In this document: positions 19,901 to 30,134 of the stretch, piece by piece | Numbering within the stretch: position 1 is the stretch's first letter | Layout: the number at the start of each line of letters is the position of its first letter | NCBI GenBank assembly: GCA_048941015.1 | Contig: JBHLNZ010000001.1 | Span: forward strand, 1-64,000 | Reading direction: 5' to 3' | From: Promethearchaeota archaeon | GTDB lineage: Archaea; Asgardarchaeota; Lokiarchaeia; Sigyniarchaeales; SOKP01 | Length of the DNA stretch: 64,000 nucleotides | The notes under the pieces: model-generated | The model's input: the letters and a program-made list of their open reading frames with translations, nothing else | Databases searched by the model: none | What the model was told of the DNA's origin: nothing | Position numbers and translations under genes: made by a program

Positions 19901-21765
19901 TGAGTTCCTAAAGGATCAACATTTGAACTCTGGAGATAATCACTTATTGAATTATTTATTTCTATATATTTCGTTAATGCATCAACTGCAGCTTGAATAT
20001 TAAGTCTTCCATACCCTTCATGCTCATCCTTTAAACTGCTTAAAATGCCAGAAAATGTTGAAGGTGAATATTCACTTTCAATTATTCTAGTTTCTGGATC
20101 ATCTTCTCTAGTCAAATAGGTTTCAGAAGCAGTCATCAATAAAACGGACTTAATAAGATTAACTCTTTCTTCTAAATCTTGATTTTCCCAATTAGTCCAA
20201 GTTCCCCATTTTGCTTCGATTAATATATTAGATACTGCTGCAACAATAGCTGTTGATATTGAGGTGCCATATGCAGCTGTTGCGGCATTGGAGAATGCAT
20301 CTGCACTAATTACTGATCTATATTCAGGAACTCTACTTCCACCTGGAGCTACAAGATCAGGTTTAATGTAGCTTCCTTCTATCTCTTTTCCCATACTACT
20401 AAATGAAGAAACGTGATCTTTATCATTTATAGCACCAACAACTATAGCTTTTTTATTAAGTGCTAATTTATTTAAAGGATCTGTTCCTTTAATTCCATCA
20501 TTACCTGCTGCAATAACAACTATGATACCATTCTCGATGACATCATTAATTACTTTGTTTATAGCGATTACATCCTGCCCTAAAGTTCCAACACTCAGGC
20601 ATACAGTTACAATTTTATGAGTTATTCTATTTTGTAAAACACTTGCTAAACCTGAAATAAGATCAGAAGTATATCCTAATCCTGATTGATTTATGATTTT
20701 TATTGGCGAAATATAGCTCGCATTAGCGATACCGGTAAAGTGATTAAAATTTATCATATATTTCTCAGGAAAGAAAGAGATAGAAGTATTGAATGAAAAT
20801 TTAGGATTAGAATTTAATGTTTTATAATATTTTATAAAGATATCAAAAATTCCTGTTTGACCTTCTAATATTTTATGATTTAGATAATATTTTTGATTTG
20901 TATTTTCATTATATGAATCATTAATAAGTTCATCATTATAATAAAGCTCAATCCAAAATTTTTCAATCCCTACTTCTTCTAAATTCCAAGAGGATTCAAT
21001 GATTATACTTGAATCTACTTCTGAAAAATTACTTGAGAAGATTTTTAAAGAATAATTTTTTGCAGGTAAATATTCATTAAATAAATCTAGATGTGAATAA
21101 TTCCCGTATATTTTTACAGTGGACGGATTACTGGAATCGAAAGATTGAGTACCAGTTCCTGCAATGACTGAAGAGATATAAGTGCCATGACCATTATCAT
21201 CAGAAATTGGATCAGCATTAACAAAATTTTCCCATCCTCTTATATTACCATTAAAGTAATTACTGCTCGCGTTTATACCAGTATCTAACACAGCAATAGA
21301 AGAATCAGTATCTCCATTATATCCATTTACATACCAGGTCGAATTAATAGCATTTGTTTGCATACTTACATAATTCATTTGAGTTCTTATAATCTCATCA
21401 CTCTCAATATTTATAGCTTCATAGCTAGATACATCCGCTACATAGCTAGATATATTTTCTGAAGGCAATGCACCTGCAAAGCCAGAAATATTATTAAAAA
21501 CACTATTCCAATCATTATCGCTTTTAATAACGCCACCATAGAATTGAAATATGGTTTTTATGACTGGATTATAGGAAGTATTATTTACATAGACTATAAC
21601 AGATTCTCCAATATCGTTTGAGGCTTTAATATCTTCCGTAAAATCATCCCTTTCATGCTTTGTGAATTCTGTATTTAGTAGATTAAATGATATTGAATAA
21701 ATGAAGCCAATACTTAGACAAGTATACAATAAGAGAAAAGTCGTTGTAGTTTTTCTAAGATTCAT
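16969..21765 (-). CDS. Membrane-anchored S8 (subtilisin-like) serine peptidase with MAM-like/Ig-like domains, C-terminal TM helix and zinc-ribbon tail
   Basis: IAVLDTG (Asp), GHGT (His), AAGNDG (oxyanion Asn), GTSIST (Ser); N-terminal signal; TM WGLWILIIIVATIIGIVMFIL; four CxxC pairs after the TM. Confidence 0.88.
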   Translation of the reverse strand: MNLRKTTTTFLLLYTCLSIGFIYSISFNLLNTEFTKHERDDFTEDIKASNDIGESVIVYVNNTSYNPVIKTIFQFYGGVIKSDNDWNSVFNNISGFAGALPSENISSYVADVSSYEAINIESDEIIRTQMNYVSMQTNAINSTWYVNGYNGDTDSSIAVLDTGINASSNYFNGNIRGWENFVNADPISDDNGHGTYISSVIAGTGTQSFDSSNPSTVKIYGNYSHLDLFNEYLPAKNYSLKIFSSNFSEVDSSIIIESSWNLEEVGIEKFWIELYYNDELINDSYNENTNQKYYLNHKILEGQTGIFDIFIKYYKTLNSNPKFSFNTSISFFPEKYMINFNHFTGIANASYISPIKIINQSGLGYTSDLISGLASVLQNRITHKIVTVCLSVGTLGQDVIAINKVINDVIENGIIVVIAAGNDGIKGTDPLNKLALNKKAIVVGAINDKDHVSSFSSMGKEIEGSYIKPDLVAPGGSRVPEYRSVISADAFSNAATAAYGTSISTAIVAAVSNILIEAKWGTWTNWENQDLEERVNLIKSVLLMTASETYLTREDDPETRIIESEYSPSTFSGILSSLKDEHEGYGRLNIQAAVDALTKYIEINNSISDYLQSSNVDPLGTHAFARRIILPPNIQYQFNLSNVDQSADLDLFLFSNESDQYGEPILLQSTQKWYGDLDTFYYTPKFNETECILVVKAIDGNSSFVLNVSSIDNLFEPHLEVPEIVYVDGSKNTTVMGLQEFSGNSPSKNYSIDSYRFYIEYYDNDSTNVPPQEVYVSIVETSQNYSLFQQNELDVNYTNGALYRSAYIRFDSPGTYHYFFIASDGKHIVQYPEIGQLEIILEFPTDSKPFPYFHSFNEGWDNWTANGTGWNILNQTNFNDNRSKIYQTDWKSMYFGRYHNYPTNYTYQPYSITYDFPNGSLISPLFNLTQLDSNSTQPFAKFGLRTSINSGDFIYFQINLNWTGWINLKTYSNVENEWYVEYLNLTEYIGYFVQFRFFSDLDEDFDPINYKGLMLDFFSLENYSNIEAPHIYFNLSLDISKNQISKYEQVLFSCKVFDIDGNYPDYVFIEINNFNYSMINIFGDWNISYSSAEKEGVLFRKALTLGEFSNHSFRFHTFDGNYYNSTNWYNLNNSLFDIIEPIPLEFTVNQSNKLIGYEFSNFDLTNYFIAGNPTPIDDTSWFRGENTWHPISLLNQEYIYGGRGQSFGGIYQGYGLNWDAKLITYPIQLNSEYNVYLKYYYEISLQNEFYLEIEELDSCTVSLSIDYGKSWISLIEYYYDSEVLSGNESIDLSQYSDSVVMIMFTLHSNDNIAGLGYGWLLSNIYIGYEKSTDFIPPHIDIISPAYNDKLKSITEIEANISDDIKLDVSRIYIYINDTLVDRQFLNFDMDTGKLEYQWDTTFFKDGIYTLSVIAFDAEGNRAIESITIIIQNGLFNWRSWGLWILIIIVATIIGIVMFILAEKRGKIWISKVKNGKAEKIRLDSIDKDQAIKRIEIIESESERPLTLHCKFCKAWFESKNFNYICPICEHDQLYVAYFCINCGKLNLKDEPGENYSCKKCGVKLIRREADQIRDLLGWEDKLLRKFEYKKKKFSILDS

Positions 21766-24700
21766 TGAACCTTTTCACCTCTTCATCACTCTTATTTGAA
21801 AGTTTAGTTAGTCTTTCTCTTAAGAGATTTTCAATTTTTAATACAGAATCCCTTGCACTTCTTTTAAACAGATATAATTCCCTCCTTTTAGCTTGGCCTT
21901 TTCTCCTTTTAAAACTTTTAATTTGATTTAAATATAAACTAAGAATAACAATCGCACTTAAAGAGGGGATGATGATGAATAGATATTGAATTATTCTAGG
22001 TATAATTATTTTAATTTCAATTTGATTTGAATATTCTTTGATTTTTATCAGATAATAAAAATCTATTATTGATGGTTCTAGTATTACAACACTTTGACTT
22101 ATTGCTCTAATTTTGTATGAAAAATTAACACTTTGACCTGAAGAGAGGCAATATATCTCATGTATTAACTTTCCTTGAATTAAGTTAAATTCTGTAGATG
22201 TAAAGCTTAAAGCATCACTTAATATCACATCTTTGATACAAATAGTTCCAATATTCGTAATATTTATATTAACTGTTATTATTTCTCCTTGTTCAACCTG
22301 ATTTTTATCAATTGATTTTATTATCAAAAATTCAACGGTTCCAATTACTATAGAATCAGAATAAGCTATTTGAATTGTTCTGCTTTCATTATTATCAATA
22401 AAGTTGATTGGGATATAATAATATCCTTTCCAATTTTCTTTTTTAAATGTAAAGTTGAACGATTGGGATTCATTATAATTAAGGTAATCGATATAAATAT
22501 GATCATTTATTGGAATTAAATCTCCCACTTGATCACTCATAGATATATTTATTTCTGACAGATTTAATTTACTAAAGCCAGAATTCAATGCTGTTACTGA
22601 TAAATTGAATATGTCATTTATTTGTGGACTATCATCAGCACTTTCATAATAAAATTCTATCACATTTAGAAATGGGAATCTTTGATCATAATCTATTGGT
22701 GCTGAGAAGAACACTTCATTAGTTTGAGCTGTTAGTCCGGTACCATTAATATTTTCTACATATTCAGTAGTATTATATTTAATAATCGTTGAGCCAATTT
22801 TCCCTGAATTAGGAGTATAGAACGAAAAACTCACAGATTTTTGTTCATATGGAGCAAGACTTGATAAATAATAATATAAAACATCACTTTCAATAGTAAA
22901 ATTCAGAGAATCTTTAATAATTCCCGGTATTAAAATTGAAATATTAACATTTTCAGCGATCTCTGATCCAATATTTTTGAAATTTAGAGTATAGATGTTT
23001 ACTTCACCTGATTTAGAACTGTAATTGCTTAGAGATGAATTTGCTATAACTGATGCCATATTATTAGTACTGAGAGAAACAGTATTAGATCGTGAACTAT
23101 ATTCAACATTTCCACTAAATGAACCATAATATATTTGAGATCCAAATACTTTATACTCGTTTATGTCTCGAAATGAAAAACTAACATTGAGATCATTTAT
23201 TGAAATATTAAATATAGCATCATCCGAACCCCATAATCTAAAAATAATTGAATAATTCTCTCTATTTATGGGATCAAATAACCAATCAAGATCTTCAGAA
23301 CCATTTATAAATGAGAATGTTAATGTATCATTTTCAGAGGATTCCAAAAAAGAATTTATGTCTTGAAATTCACCGCTAGTAAAATTAAATATTTCAAAAT
23401 TGATATTATTTGATGGATCTGTAAAATTTAAAATAATGGAGACTTTATCTAAAGAATTGTTGCTAAAGTCTATAAAAGTATTATTTTGAAAAAGGAATTG
23501 TATATCAATTTCGTAAGAGTCAATATAAGTTTCTTCTGCTTCAATTATCCAACTTTTATTATCATTTTCCAATGCCATTGTGGAATTTGTACTATTTATT
23601 GAAATCCCTGACATTACTGCAGGCAATTGGGGGAAAGAATCTTTAATTGTAAAATTAAACTCATAAAAAGGGGTAAATGTATCATAAGCTTCGATTGAGA
23701 AATTAGAAAACTCATAAGAAAGCTGATCTCCCGGTTTTATAAACCAATTTTTATCATTCCAAATACTATCTTCATTTGTAAATAAATCTTTAAGATCTTG
23801 TGTCGTTATACCTAAAATTTCCAAGGCATTAATCAATTGAGGATATCCTATTGCCAATATATCAACTACATTATCCATTTCTTCATTATAAGGTAATAAA
23901 TTAGAAATATTGGTTAAATCTGGGAAATAAGTATCAATGATACCTAATCCTGTTGTATCAAAGTAAAAAATTCGAGGTTTTTCGTCAAAGTTAAAGAAAT
24001 CTTCTAACGAATCATACTCCCCATAATATTCAACTCTAACAATATCCCAAATTGCATCCATAAGTTCTTCTCCAAAAGGGCCTCCTATAAAAGAAAAAAT
24101 ATCTGCAAGTTCTAAAGGGAAATGAGTAGGTACACCCCAACAAGTTTCATTTCCTATATTTGTGGCTGTTATATTAAAAGAAAAAGTCTTATTCGCACCA
24201 TAAGACGCGGTATCATTAATTAATTCCTTTGTAATTAACATATTTGACTCAGAATTAGAATTATTATATAAAACGGAAAAATCATTAACAGGATTAAATA
24301 AACCTGTAGGAATTCCAGGAATTCCTTGGATTCCTAAAAGTGGCAAAAAATTAATATAATCCGTTGAATTATTTAAATTTATTGGCTTAATATAGTTACG
24401 TTTAATCCCTTCTTCATCAAACCAGAATAACTCAAATGAATAATCTTTTAAAACTTTTGTATCAAAATCGTATCCTGCATAAAATAATAATAAACCAATT
24501 TGTTCAATCAAAAAATCATATAAATTAAAATATTTTGGGGTTTGATCAATAACTTCAGTACAAAAAATATTAACATCTATTTCGCTCATAAACGCTCCGG
24601 TAAGTGAAATAAAAACTTTTTCACTAGGGCGTAAATCTCCGCCATCATAACCCAATGCGTCCCATAAATTAAAGTTATAAACATTCTGACTAACCTGAGT

Positions 24701-25690
24701 TATACCTTCTTGTAAACCTTCATATTGAATCATCAAACTTGCATAATGAGAGTTATTCGATAATGTTAAAATGTTGCTAATATCTTCTAAACCACTAATA
24801 TCTTCTTCTGAAACAGTTTCATTTGAATCAAAAAATTCAGAGAAATTTCCAAATATATCTTCATAATCAGAAACAACCTCTGTAAATAAGTCGAATAAGT
24901 TTTCTAACTCGAGATTTTCTAAATAGCTTAAATCCAGTGAATTAATATTAAAATTAACTTGATCTAAGGAATCAAGAAAATCTTTTTCTAAGAGATCTAA
25001 TGAATTTACAAGCAAAAATGTAGACGATAAATGAAAGTTTTCATAATAGTCAGGTTTAATTAATCTATCTATCTTAAAAGCCTTCCAATACCCATCTTTT
25101 GGAATGTTATTAGTGATTTGATTTAGGTAAGTCTCCCAATTAGGGTAATAACCTACAAAAGGGAAAAAATATGGATTTGATACGTTCAACAAAATTAAAT
25201 CAATTTCAAACTTTCTTCTTATTATTTCTAATGCTCTTTCAGACCTTCTTTCAATATCGTTTTGACTTAAATCCTCTTCATAATATAAAAACCCTGAAAA
25301 AGTATTGAAAGACATTCCAAATTGAGAATTTATACTATTTTCATTTAAAACTATTGGAAAAATTTCAGGAACTATTCCGTTTGATGCACTGATGAGAACA
25401 TTGCATTTATAAAAAGCAGGATCTCTAGTATCAAATTGAGGTAAAATACTAGTATCATTTGTGAAAAGTGATTGTTTAATTATTGAATTTTCGCCAGCAA
25501 TAAACGCTTCTATTGACTCAGCATAAAGATCTGTTCCTGCTATATCTGAAGAGTAAATAAGTTGTTCCTCTTCATTATTATTAACTGATTCTATACTGGT
25601 TTTTTCTACAGGAGAAATAGTTATTAAAGAGGAACTTAAAAGTTGAACAATAATTAAAATGAAAATGATGAATCTGATTGCTTTTTTCAT
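21755..25690 (-). CDS. Large secreted, C-terminally anchored surface protein with DUF11/CARDB-like Ig repeats
   Basis: Signal peptide; repeated 'ITATNIGNE / LNFKNIGSEIAENVNI / NITNIGT' motifs; many N-x-S/T sequons; C-terminal TM with basic tail; overlaps the peptidase start by 11 bp. Confidence 0.7.
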   Translation of the reverse strand: MKKAIRFIIFILIIVQLLSSSLITISPVEKTSIESVNNNEEEQLIYSSDIAGTDLYAESIEAFIAGENSIIKQSLFTNDTSILPQFDTRDPAFYKCNVLISASNGIVPEIFPIVLNENSINSQFGMSFNTFSGFLYYEEDLSQNDIERRSERALEIIRRKFEIDLILLNVSNPYFFPFVGYYPNWETYLNQITNNIPKDGYWKAFKIDRLIKPDYYENFHLSSTFLLVNSLDLLEKDFLDSLDQVNFNINSLDLSYLENLELENLFDLFTEVVSDYEDIFGNFSEFFDSNETVSEEDISGLEDISNILTLSNNSHYASLMIQYEGLQEGITQVSQNVYNFNLWDALGYDGGDLRPSEKVFISLTGAFMSEIDVNIFCTEVIDQTPKYFNLYDFLIEQIGLLLFYAGYDFDTKVLKDYSFELFWFDEEGIKRNYIKPINLNNSTDYINFLPLLGIQGIPGIPTGLFNPVNDFSVLYNNSNSESNMLITKELINDTASYGANKTFSFNITATNIGNETCWGVPTHFPLELADIFSFIGGPFGEELMDAIWDIVRVEYYGEYDSLEDFFNFDEKPRIFYFDTTGLGIIDTYFPDLTNISNLLPYNEEMDNVVDILAIGYPQLINALEILGITTQDLKDLFTNEDSIWNDKNWFIKPGDQLSYEFSNFSIEAYDTFTPFYEFNFTIKDSFPQLPAVMSGISINSTNSTMALENDNKSWIIEAEETYIDSYEIDIQFLFQNNTFIDFSNNSLDKVSIILNFTDPSNNINFEIFNFTSGEFQDINSFLESSENDTLTFSFINGSEDLDWLFDPINRENYSIIFRLWGSDDAIFNISINDLNVSFSFRDINEYKVFGSQIYYGSFSGNVEYSSRSNTVSLSTNNMASVIANSSLSNYSSKSGEVNIYTLNFKNIGSEIAENVNISILIPGIIKDSLNFTIESDVLYYYLSSLAPYEQKSVSFSFYTPNSGKIGSTIIKYNTTEYVENINGTGLTAQTNEVFFSAPIDYDQRFPFLNVIEFYYESADDSPQINDIFNLSVTALNSGFSKLNLSEINISMSDQVGDLIPINDHIYIDYLNYNESQSFNFTFKKENWKGYYYIPINFIDNNESRTIQIAYSDSIVIGTVEFLIIKSIDKNQVEQGEIITVNINITNIGTICIKDVILSDALSFTSTEFNLIQGKLIHEIYCLSSGQSVNFSYKIRAISQSVVILEPSIIDFYYLIKIKEYSNQIEIKIIIPRIIQYLFIIIPSLSAIVILSLYLNQIKSFKRRKGQAKRRELYLFKRSARDSVLKIENLLRERLTKLSNKSDEEVKRFNES

Positions 25691-25706
25691 AACTTTTTTA
25701 TCCCTC

Positions 25707-28691
25707 TTACATAGTTTCTCTATAAATTTCGACTATTTTTTTCTTTCTAATGTTTCTTAACAATAATTTCATACCAATTAAAACAAAAATTATTGATATT
25801 ATATAAACACTAAGCATATTCGTTAATGGAAAAGAAGGGATATTAGGTAAATCACTTAGTAAATTTATTGAGGTTGATAAAAGTAAGCCAGTTAACCATC
25901 CAACAATAACACCAACCGTTCCACTGCTCAGCATAATTATAAGTGATTCCATTGTAAATAGACGATTTATTTCTTTTCCTTTTAATCCTAACGTCCTGAT
26001 AATACCAATATCTTTCTTTCTTTCGATAATTGTTGAATATGAAGATGATATTAATCCAAATAAACAAATAACTATTGTAGCATCCAGAGTCATTGTAAAG
26101 AAAGTGTCTAATATACTAAAAAGTGATTGTTGTTGACTGACCTCCCTCTCTACATCCGTTATGTCAAAATCATAACCAATCCCATCAGAATTAATTTCAT
26201 CTATAATTTGTTGATTAGATCTTTGTCGATTTGAGGATAACTTTATAAAGATTTTATCTAAATATGGTATTGGCGGAATATCCATAATTTCAAGGTAGAC
26301 ACCATCTGAGATCATAACACCCCCCATTTGTGCAGAGGCACTGGATCTACCAAATTCAGAGAAAAACCCAGGCATGCTAGCAGCAACACCTGCAATTTGA
26401 AAAGTATAAATCTGAGATTCATCGCCTCTCTGAATATTGAATCTCACTAAATCATCTTTGTTCAAATCTAAATTTTCTGATAAACCTTCGGATATAATGC
26501 ATTTATAGTGCCCTTCAATATTAAAAATCTGATTAAAACTAGTTGATAAATCTCCTTGAGTAAACTCGATATACTTCGTTTTAATTGTAGAAGGATATTC
26601 TTCATCTATCCCGATTAAACTAATTTCTTGAGTGAATAAACCCGCATAATCGCCAATTTCAGCTATGAATTCCTTTCCTTCTTCAGAATATATTTGAGTA
26701 AGATGAAATGGACTTGCTATAACCGAAGAAATTTTTTCAATTCCCTCAACATTAAGGATATCGTTTTCGAAATCTGTAGTAAGAATCCTATTAGGATTAA
26801 CTGAATAATCATTATTTTGAAGTTCTAAAATTGGATTATTTTGTAAACTAATTGGTGGACCACCGAAAGGATCTTCTATAACATCTTCAACTTCAGCCCA
26901 ACCTATTGTTTCAATAACCAAATCTGACCCATACCTAAGATTTGCTCCTATAGCAACTTGATCAGAGAGAAAACGAGTAGCAGCTGCAGTAAAAATTACA
27001 AATGAAAACGTAAAGGCAAAAATAATAATTGTACTAGAATTTCTTCTTTGATAACGGAAAACAAAAATTCTAATTACATTATATAATTTCCTTGAAAATA
27101 AGCGAAAAGTTTGAATAAAAAATCTGAGGATCAAGGGCATTATACCCAATCCTGCTAATGTAGTGCCCACTAAAAAAATAATGAGCAACGCGATTAATGT
27201 TCCTGCCATTAAGGAAATATTTCCCGAAATTAAAATTCTTGGCATAATAAGCAAAACAAAGGCTCCATTTGCAGCTAATATTATTCCAACGATTATTAGC
27301 TTATAATTAACAGAAGCCTTTTTTTGTAAATGATAAAGAGTATCTTCGTGACGATAAGGATGAATTGATTCAATTAATTGGAGTTGCATTACTTTGATTG
27401 CTGGTGAGATACTTACTATAAGACCTACGGCGATTCCAATAAAATATGATATCAAAATCGACCAGATTGTAAAAAAAAAAGAAATATTCCCCACTAATCC
27501 GGGTATATTTTGAGCAACAATAATTTCTGCTATTGGTAATATTATGAACCTTGTTGCAAGTATAGCTACAAATATGCCTGAGATAGTTCCAAAATTACAT
27601 AATAATAATCCCTGAACTAAAACTATTGATAGGTTATACTTTTTCGTAGCACCTAATGTTCTGAAGATACCGAATTCTCTTATTCTCTCTTCTACAGAAG
27701 TTTTCAATATCCCATTAATTAATACTCCTGAAATTAACATTGAAATCATTGAAACAAATACAAAAATGATAGTAATTCCGACACTTAAGAATTCTGAAAA
27801 TCCTAAAACTTCTAATTTAGGTAAATCAATAAAGAATTCATTAATTCCTATTAAAAGTTGAATTTCACCTGCTAAATCTTTTACTCGGTTTTCAGATCCT
27901 TTAATGTCTCGAGCGTCATAAAAACTGTTTCCCGATTCTAAAGTTAAGATTAAATTATCACATTTTCCAAAAAAGGTACTATTACCAAATATTTCATAAA
28001 GAGATTCGATATCGACAACTATTAATGGCCTATTTTCATATCTTATTGGCCATTTAAATTGAAAATCAAAAATGGCGTCAATAGTAAAGTTTACTTCTCG
28101 ATAATAAGTTATATTTCCATGTATTAATCTCATTCTGATTTCTATCATATCATTTTTAGCATATTTAATCTCTTCGTTAAATTTATAATAAATAGCACAG
28201 TGATTTAACGGTAAGTTATTTAAATTTAATAATTCATTAGTCTCTTGCTTTACAAAACTTCCAAAGCCTAATTCATTTTCTAATGAAAAATTAATTCCAG
28301 AAATTAGAACAGAAGTAGTAGCATTTGTTAATTCTGGCGTGTCAACACCCTGAGATATGTTTACATTTCCCCATAATTCCATTCTTGGTATAAACGCATC
28401 AATTCCTTCAATATTTCCCTGAATTGAGTCGATAATTGGAACATACTCAAAATAATTAGAACGGTCCTCAGGTTCTCCATTGTAATGTCTTACGGAGATA
28501 ACCATATCTTGATTTCCTGCATCTATACTTAGATAATCAATAAATGTAACAGAAATAGAATCAGATAGGATTAAAACTATTGATAAAAGAGCTACACTTA
28601 TCATAATCCCAAGGATTCCAATTATCGTTCGAACCTTTTGACGAGATAAATCCTTGAAAGCATATTTAAAAATAATTTTAATGTTCAACAT
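25707..28691 (-). CDS. MacB/FtsX-family ABC permease, paralog of 13969..16935
   Basis: ERIREFGIFRTLG and ERKKDIGIIRTLG motifs; shares YGSDLVI and RRNSSTI with the paralog. Confidence 0.9.
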   Translation of the reverse strand: MLNIKIIFKYAFKDLSRQKVRTIIGILGIMISVALLSIVLILSDSISVTFIDYLSIDAGNQDMVISVRHYNGEPEDRSNYFEYVPIIDSIQGNIEGIDAFIPRMELWGNVNISQGVDTPELTNATTSVLISGINFSLENELGFGSFVKQETNELLNLNNLPLNHCAIYYKFNEEIKYAKNDMIEIRMRLIHGNITYYREVNFTIDAIFDFQFKWPIRYENRPLIVVDIESLYEIFGNSTFFGKCDNLILTLESGNSFYDARDIKGSENRVKDLAGEIQLLIGINEFFIDLPKLEVLGFSEFLSVGITIIFVFVSMISMLISGVLINGILKTSVEERIREFGIFRTLGATKKYNLSIVLVQGLLLCNFGTISGIFVAILATRFIILPIAEIIVAQNIPGLVGNISFFFTIWSILISYFIGIAVGLIVSISPAIKVMQLQLIESIHPYRHEDTLYHLQKKASVNYKLIIVGIILAANGAFVLLIMPRILISGNISLMAGTLIALLIIFLVGTTLAGLGIMPLILRFFIQTFRLFSRKLYNVIRIFVFRYQRRNSSTIIIFAFTFSFVIFTAAATRFLSDQVAIGANLRYGSDLVIETIGWAEVEDVIEDPFGGPPISLQNNPILELQNNDYSVNPNRILTTDFENDILNVEGIEKISSVIASPFHLTQIYSEEGKEFIAEIGDYAGLFTQEISLIGIDEEYPSTIKTKYIEFTQGDLSTSFNQIFNIEGHYKCIISEGLSENLDLNKDDLVRFNIQRGDESQIYTFQIAGVAASMPGFFSEFGRSSASAQMGGVMISDGVYLEIMDIPPIPYLDKIFIKLSSNRQRSNQQIIDEINSDGIGYDFDITDVEREVSQQQSLFSILDTFFTMTLDATIVICLFGLISSSYSTIIERKKDIGIIRTLGLKGKEINRLFTMESLIIMLSSGTVGVIVGWLTGLLLSTSINLLSDLPNIPSFPLTNMLSVYIISIIFVLIGMKLLLRNIRKKKIVEIYRETM

Positions 28692-28737
28692 TTCTGTTTA
28701 TGATTCTTATTGACCAATTTTTTAACTCTTTTAATTA

Positions 28738-29916
28738 TTAAAATAGAAGTAATACCGATCCATCTATTTTTCCATTAATTTTATTCTCTTCCAATAATTC
28801 ACCCAAAATATCATTAAAATGTTCAGGTAAATTCATAATTATAGATTCAGGAATACTATTTTTGATATCTATTATATTGATCTCATTTTTACCTTGATTT
28901 GCAAATAAATACTTGAAGATCCAATTCTTTGTTTTTTCTTTATTGATTTCTGATTCTTGTTTTCTGCTCAGTTCCATTATTTGAGTCTCTTTTAATCCCC
29001 CTATCTTTCCTTCATGAGTCAATTTTCCATCTCTCATATGAAAAACTCTTGTAGCAAATTCAGAAACTGCCGCATCATGGCTTACAGCTATAAATGTTGC
29101 TCCTCTTTTATTTAAATCTCTCAGAAGATTTAAAATCATTACTCCTGTTTTTGAATCCAAATCACCTGTAGGTTCATCTAATACACAGATAGCAGGATCA
29201 TTCGCAAAAGCTCTTGCTACAGCAACTCTCTGTTGTTCCCCCCCAGAAAGCTCAGAGGGGGCATGATGTGCTCTTTCTTCCAACCCTACTAATCTTAATA
29301 GATCCAATGCTTTCTTTCTCTTTCCTCTTCTGCTTAATTTTCCAGAAAAATGTAAAGGGACCATTACATTTTCCATTGCTGTCATTTGAGGTAGAAGATT
29401 GTAAAATTGAAATACAAATCCAATTCTCTCTCGTCTAATTTCTGCCAAATCATTATCATTAAGCATTGAAATATTACGCCCTTCTAAGAAAATTTTACCT
29501 CTTGTTGGAGTATCCAATCCACCAATTAAGTTAAGTAAAGTTGTTTTTCCAGATCCGGATGGCCCCATAATATCGACAAAATCTCCTTTATCAATTATCA
29601 AATCAATCCCTCTTAAAGCAGCAACAGCAGTGCTACCAAGCAGATATGTCTTATGAAGTCCATCAACGACAATTAGATGGTCATAATCCTTCCCAAAGTC
29701 TTTTTGATCCTTAGATTCCTTTTTTATCTGCTTTTTTTCCTCGCGAGAAAGTGTTAGTGTCTCTAATTTTTGTCTTTTTATTTCATCTTTAATCTTCTTT
29801 TTTTTCCATTTAGAAAAATCTTTACTTACTTTGCCTTTCCAGAAAGCAAGTTTACCTGTTTCTTCTTCATATTCTTCCATTTCAGGAGTTTTTTTTACTA
29901 AAGGTAAATCATTCAT
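28738..29916 (-). CDS. ABC transporter ATP-binding protein (LolD/MacB type) with N- and C-terminal extensions
   Basis: GPSGSGKT, IGFVFQFYNL, LSGGEQQR, DEPTGDLD, SHD. Confidence 0.93.
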   Translation of the reverse strand: MNDLPLVKKTPEMEEYEEETGKLAFWKGKVSKDFSKWKKKKIKDEIKRQKLETLTLSREEKKQIKKESKDQKDFGKDYDHLIVVDGLHKTYLLGSTAVAALRGIDLIIDKGDFVDIMGPSGSGKTTLLNLIGGLDTPTRGKIFLEGRNISMLNDNDLAEIRRERIGFVFQFYNLLPQMTAMENVMVPLHFSGKLSRRGKRKKALDLLRLVGLEERAHHAPSELSGGEQQRVAVARAFANDPAICVLDEPTGDLDSKTGVMILNLLRDLNKRGATFIAVSHDAAVSEFATRVFHMRDGKLTHEGKIGGLKETQIMELSRKQESEINKEKTKNWIFKYLFANQGKNEINIIDIKNSIPESIIMNLPEHFNDILGELLEENKINGKIDGSVLLLF

Positions 29917-30134
29917 AATTCTCTTACCTTAGATTTTATTATTTTTTGATTTTTTTATTATTAACCTTGAAAATTAAAAAGATTACTCAACCTTATTTTT
30001 CTATTCTTAAAATTATGAAAATTACCATAATGTTTAAACATTAAGGTTCTAATTAAATAGAATATTTGCACATCATTATTTTTTTAAAGTTTTTAGAGAA
30101 AATATAAAAGCCGGTATATATCTCGAAAACAAAT

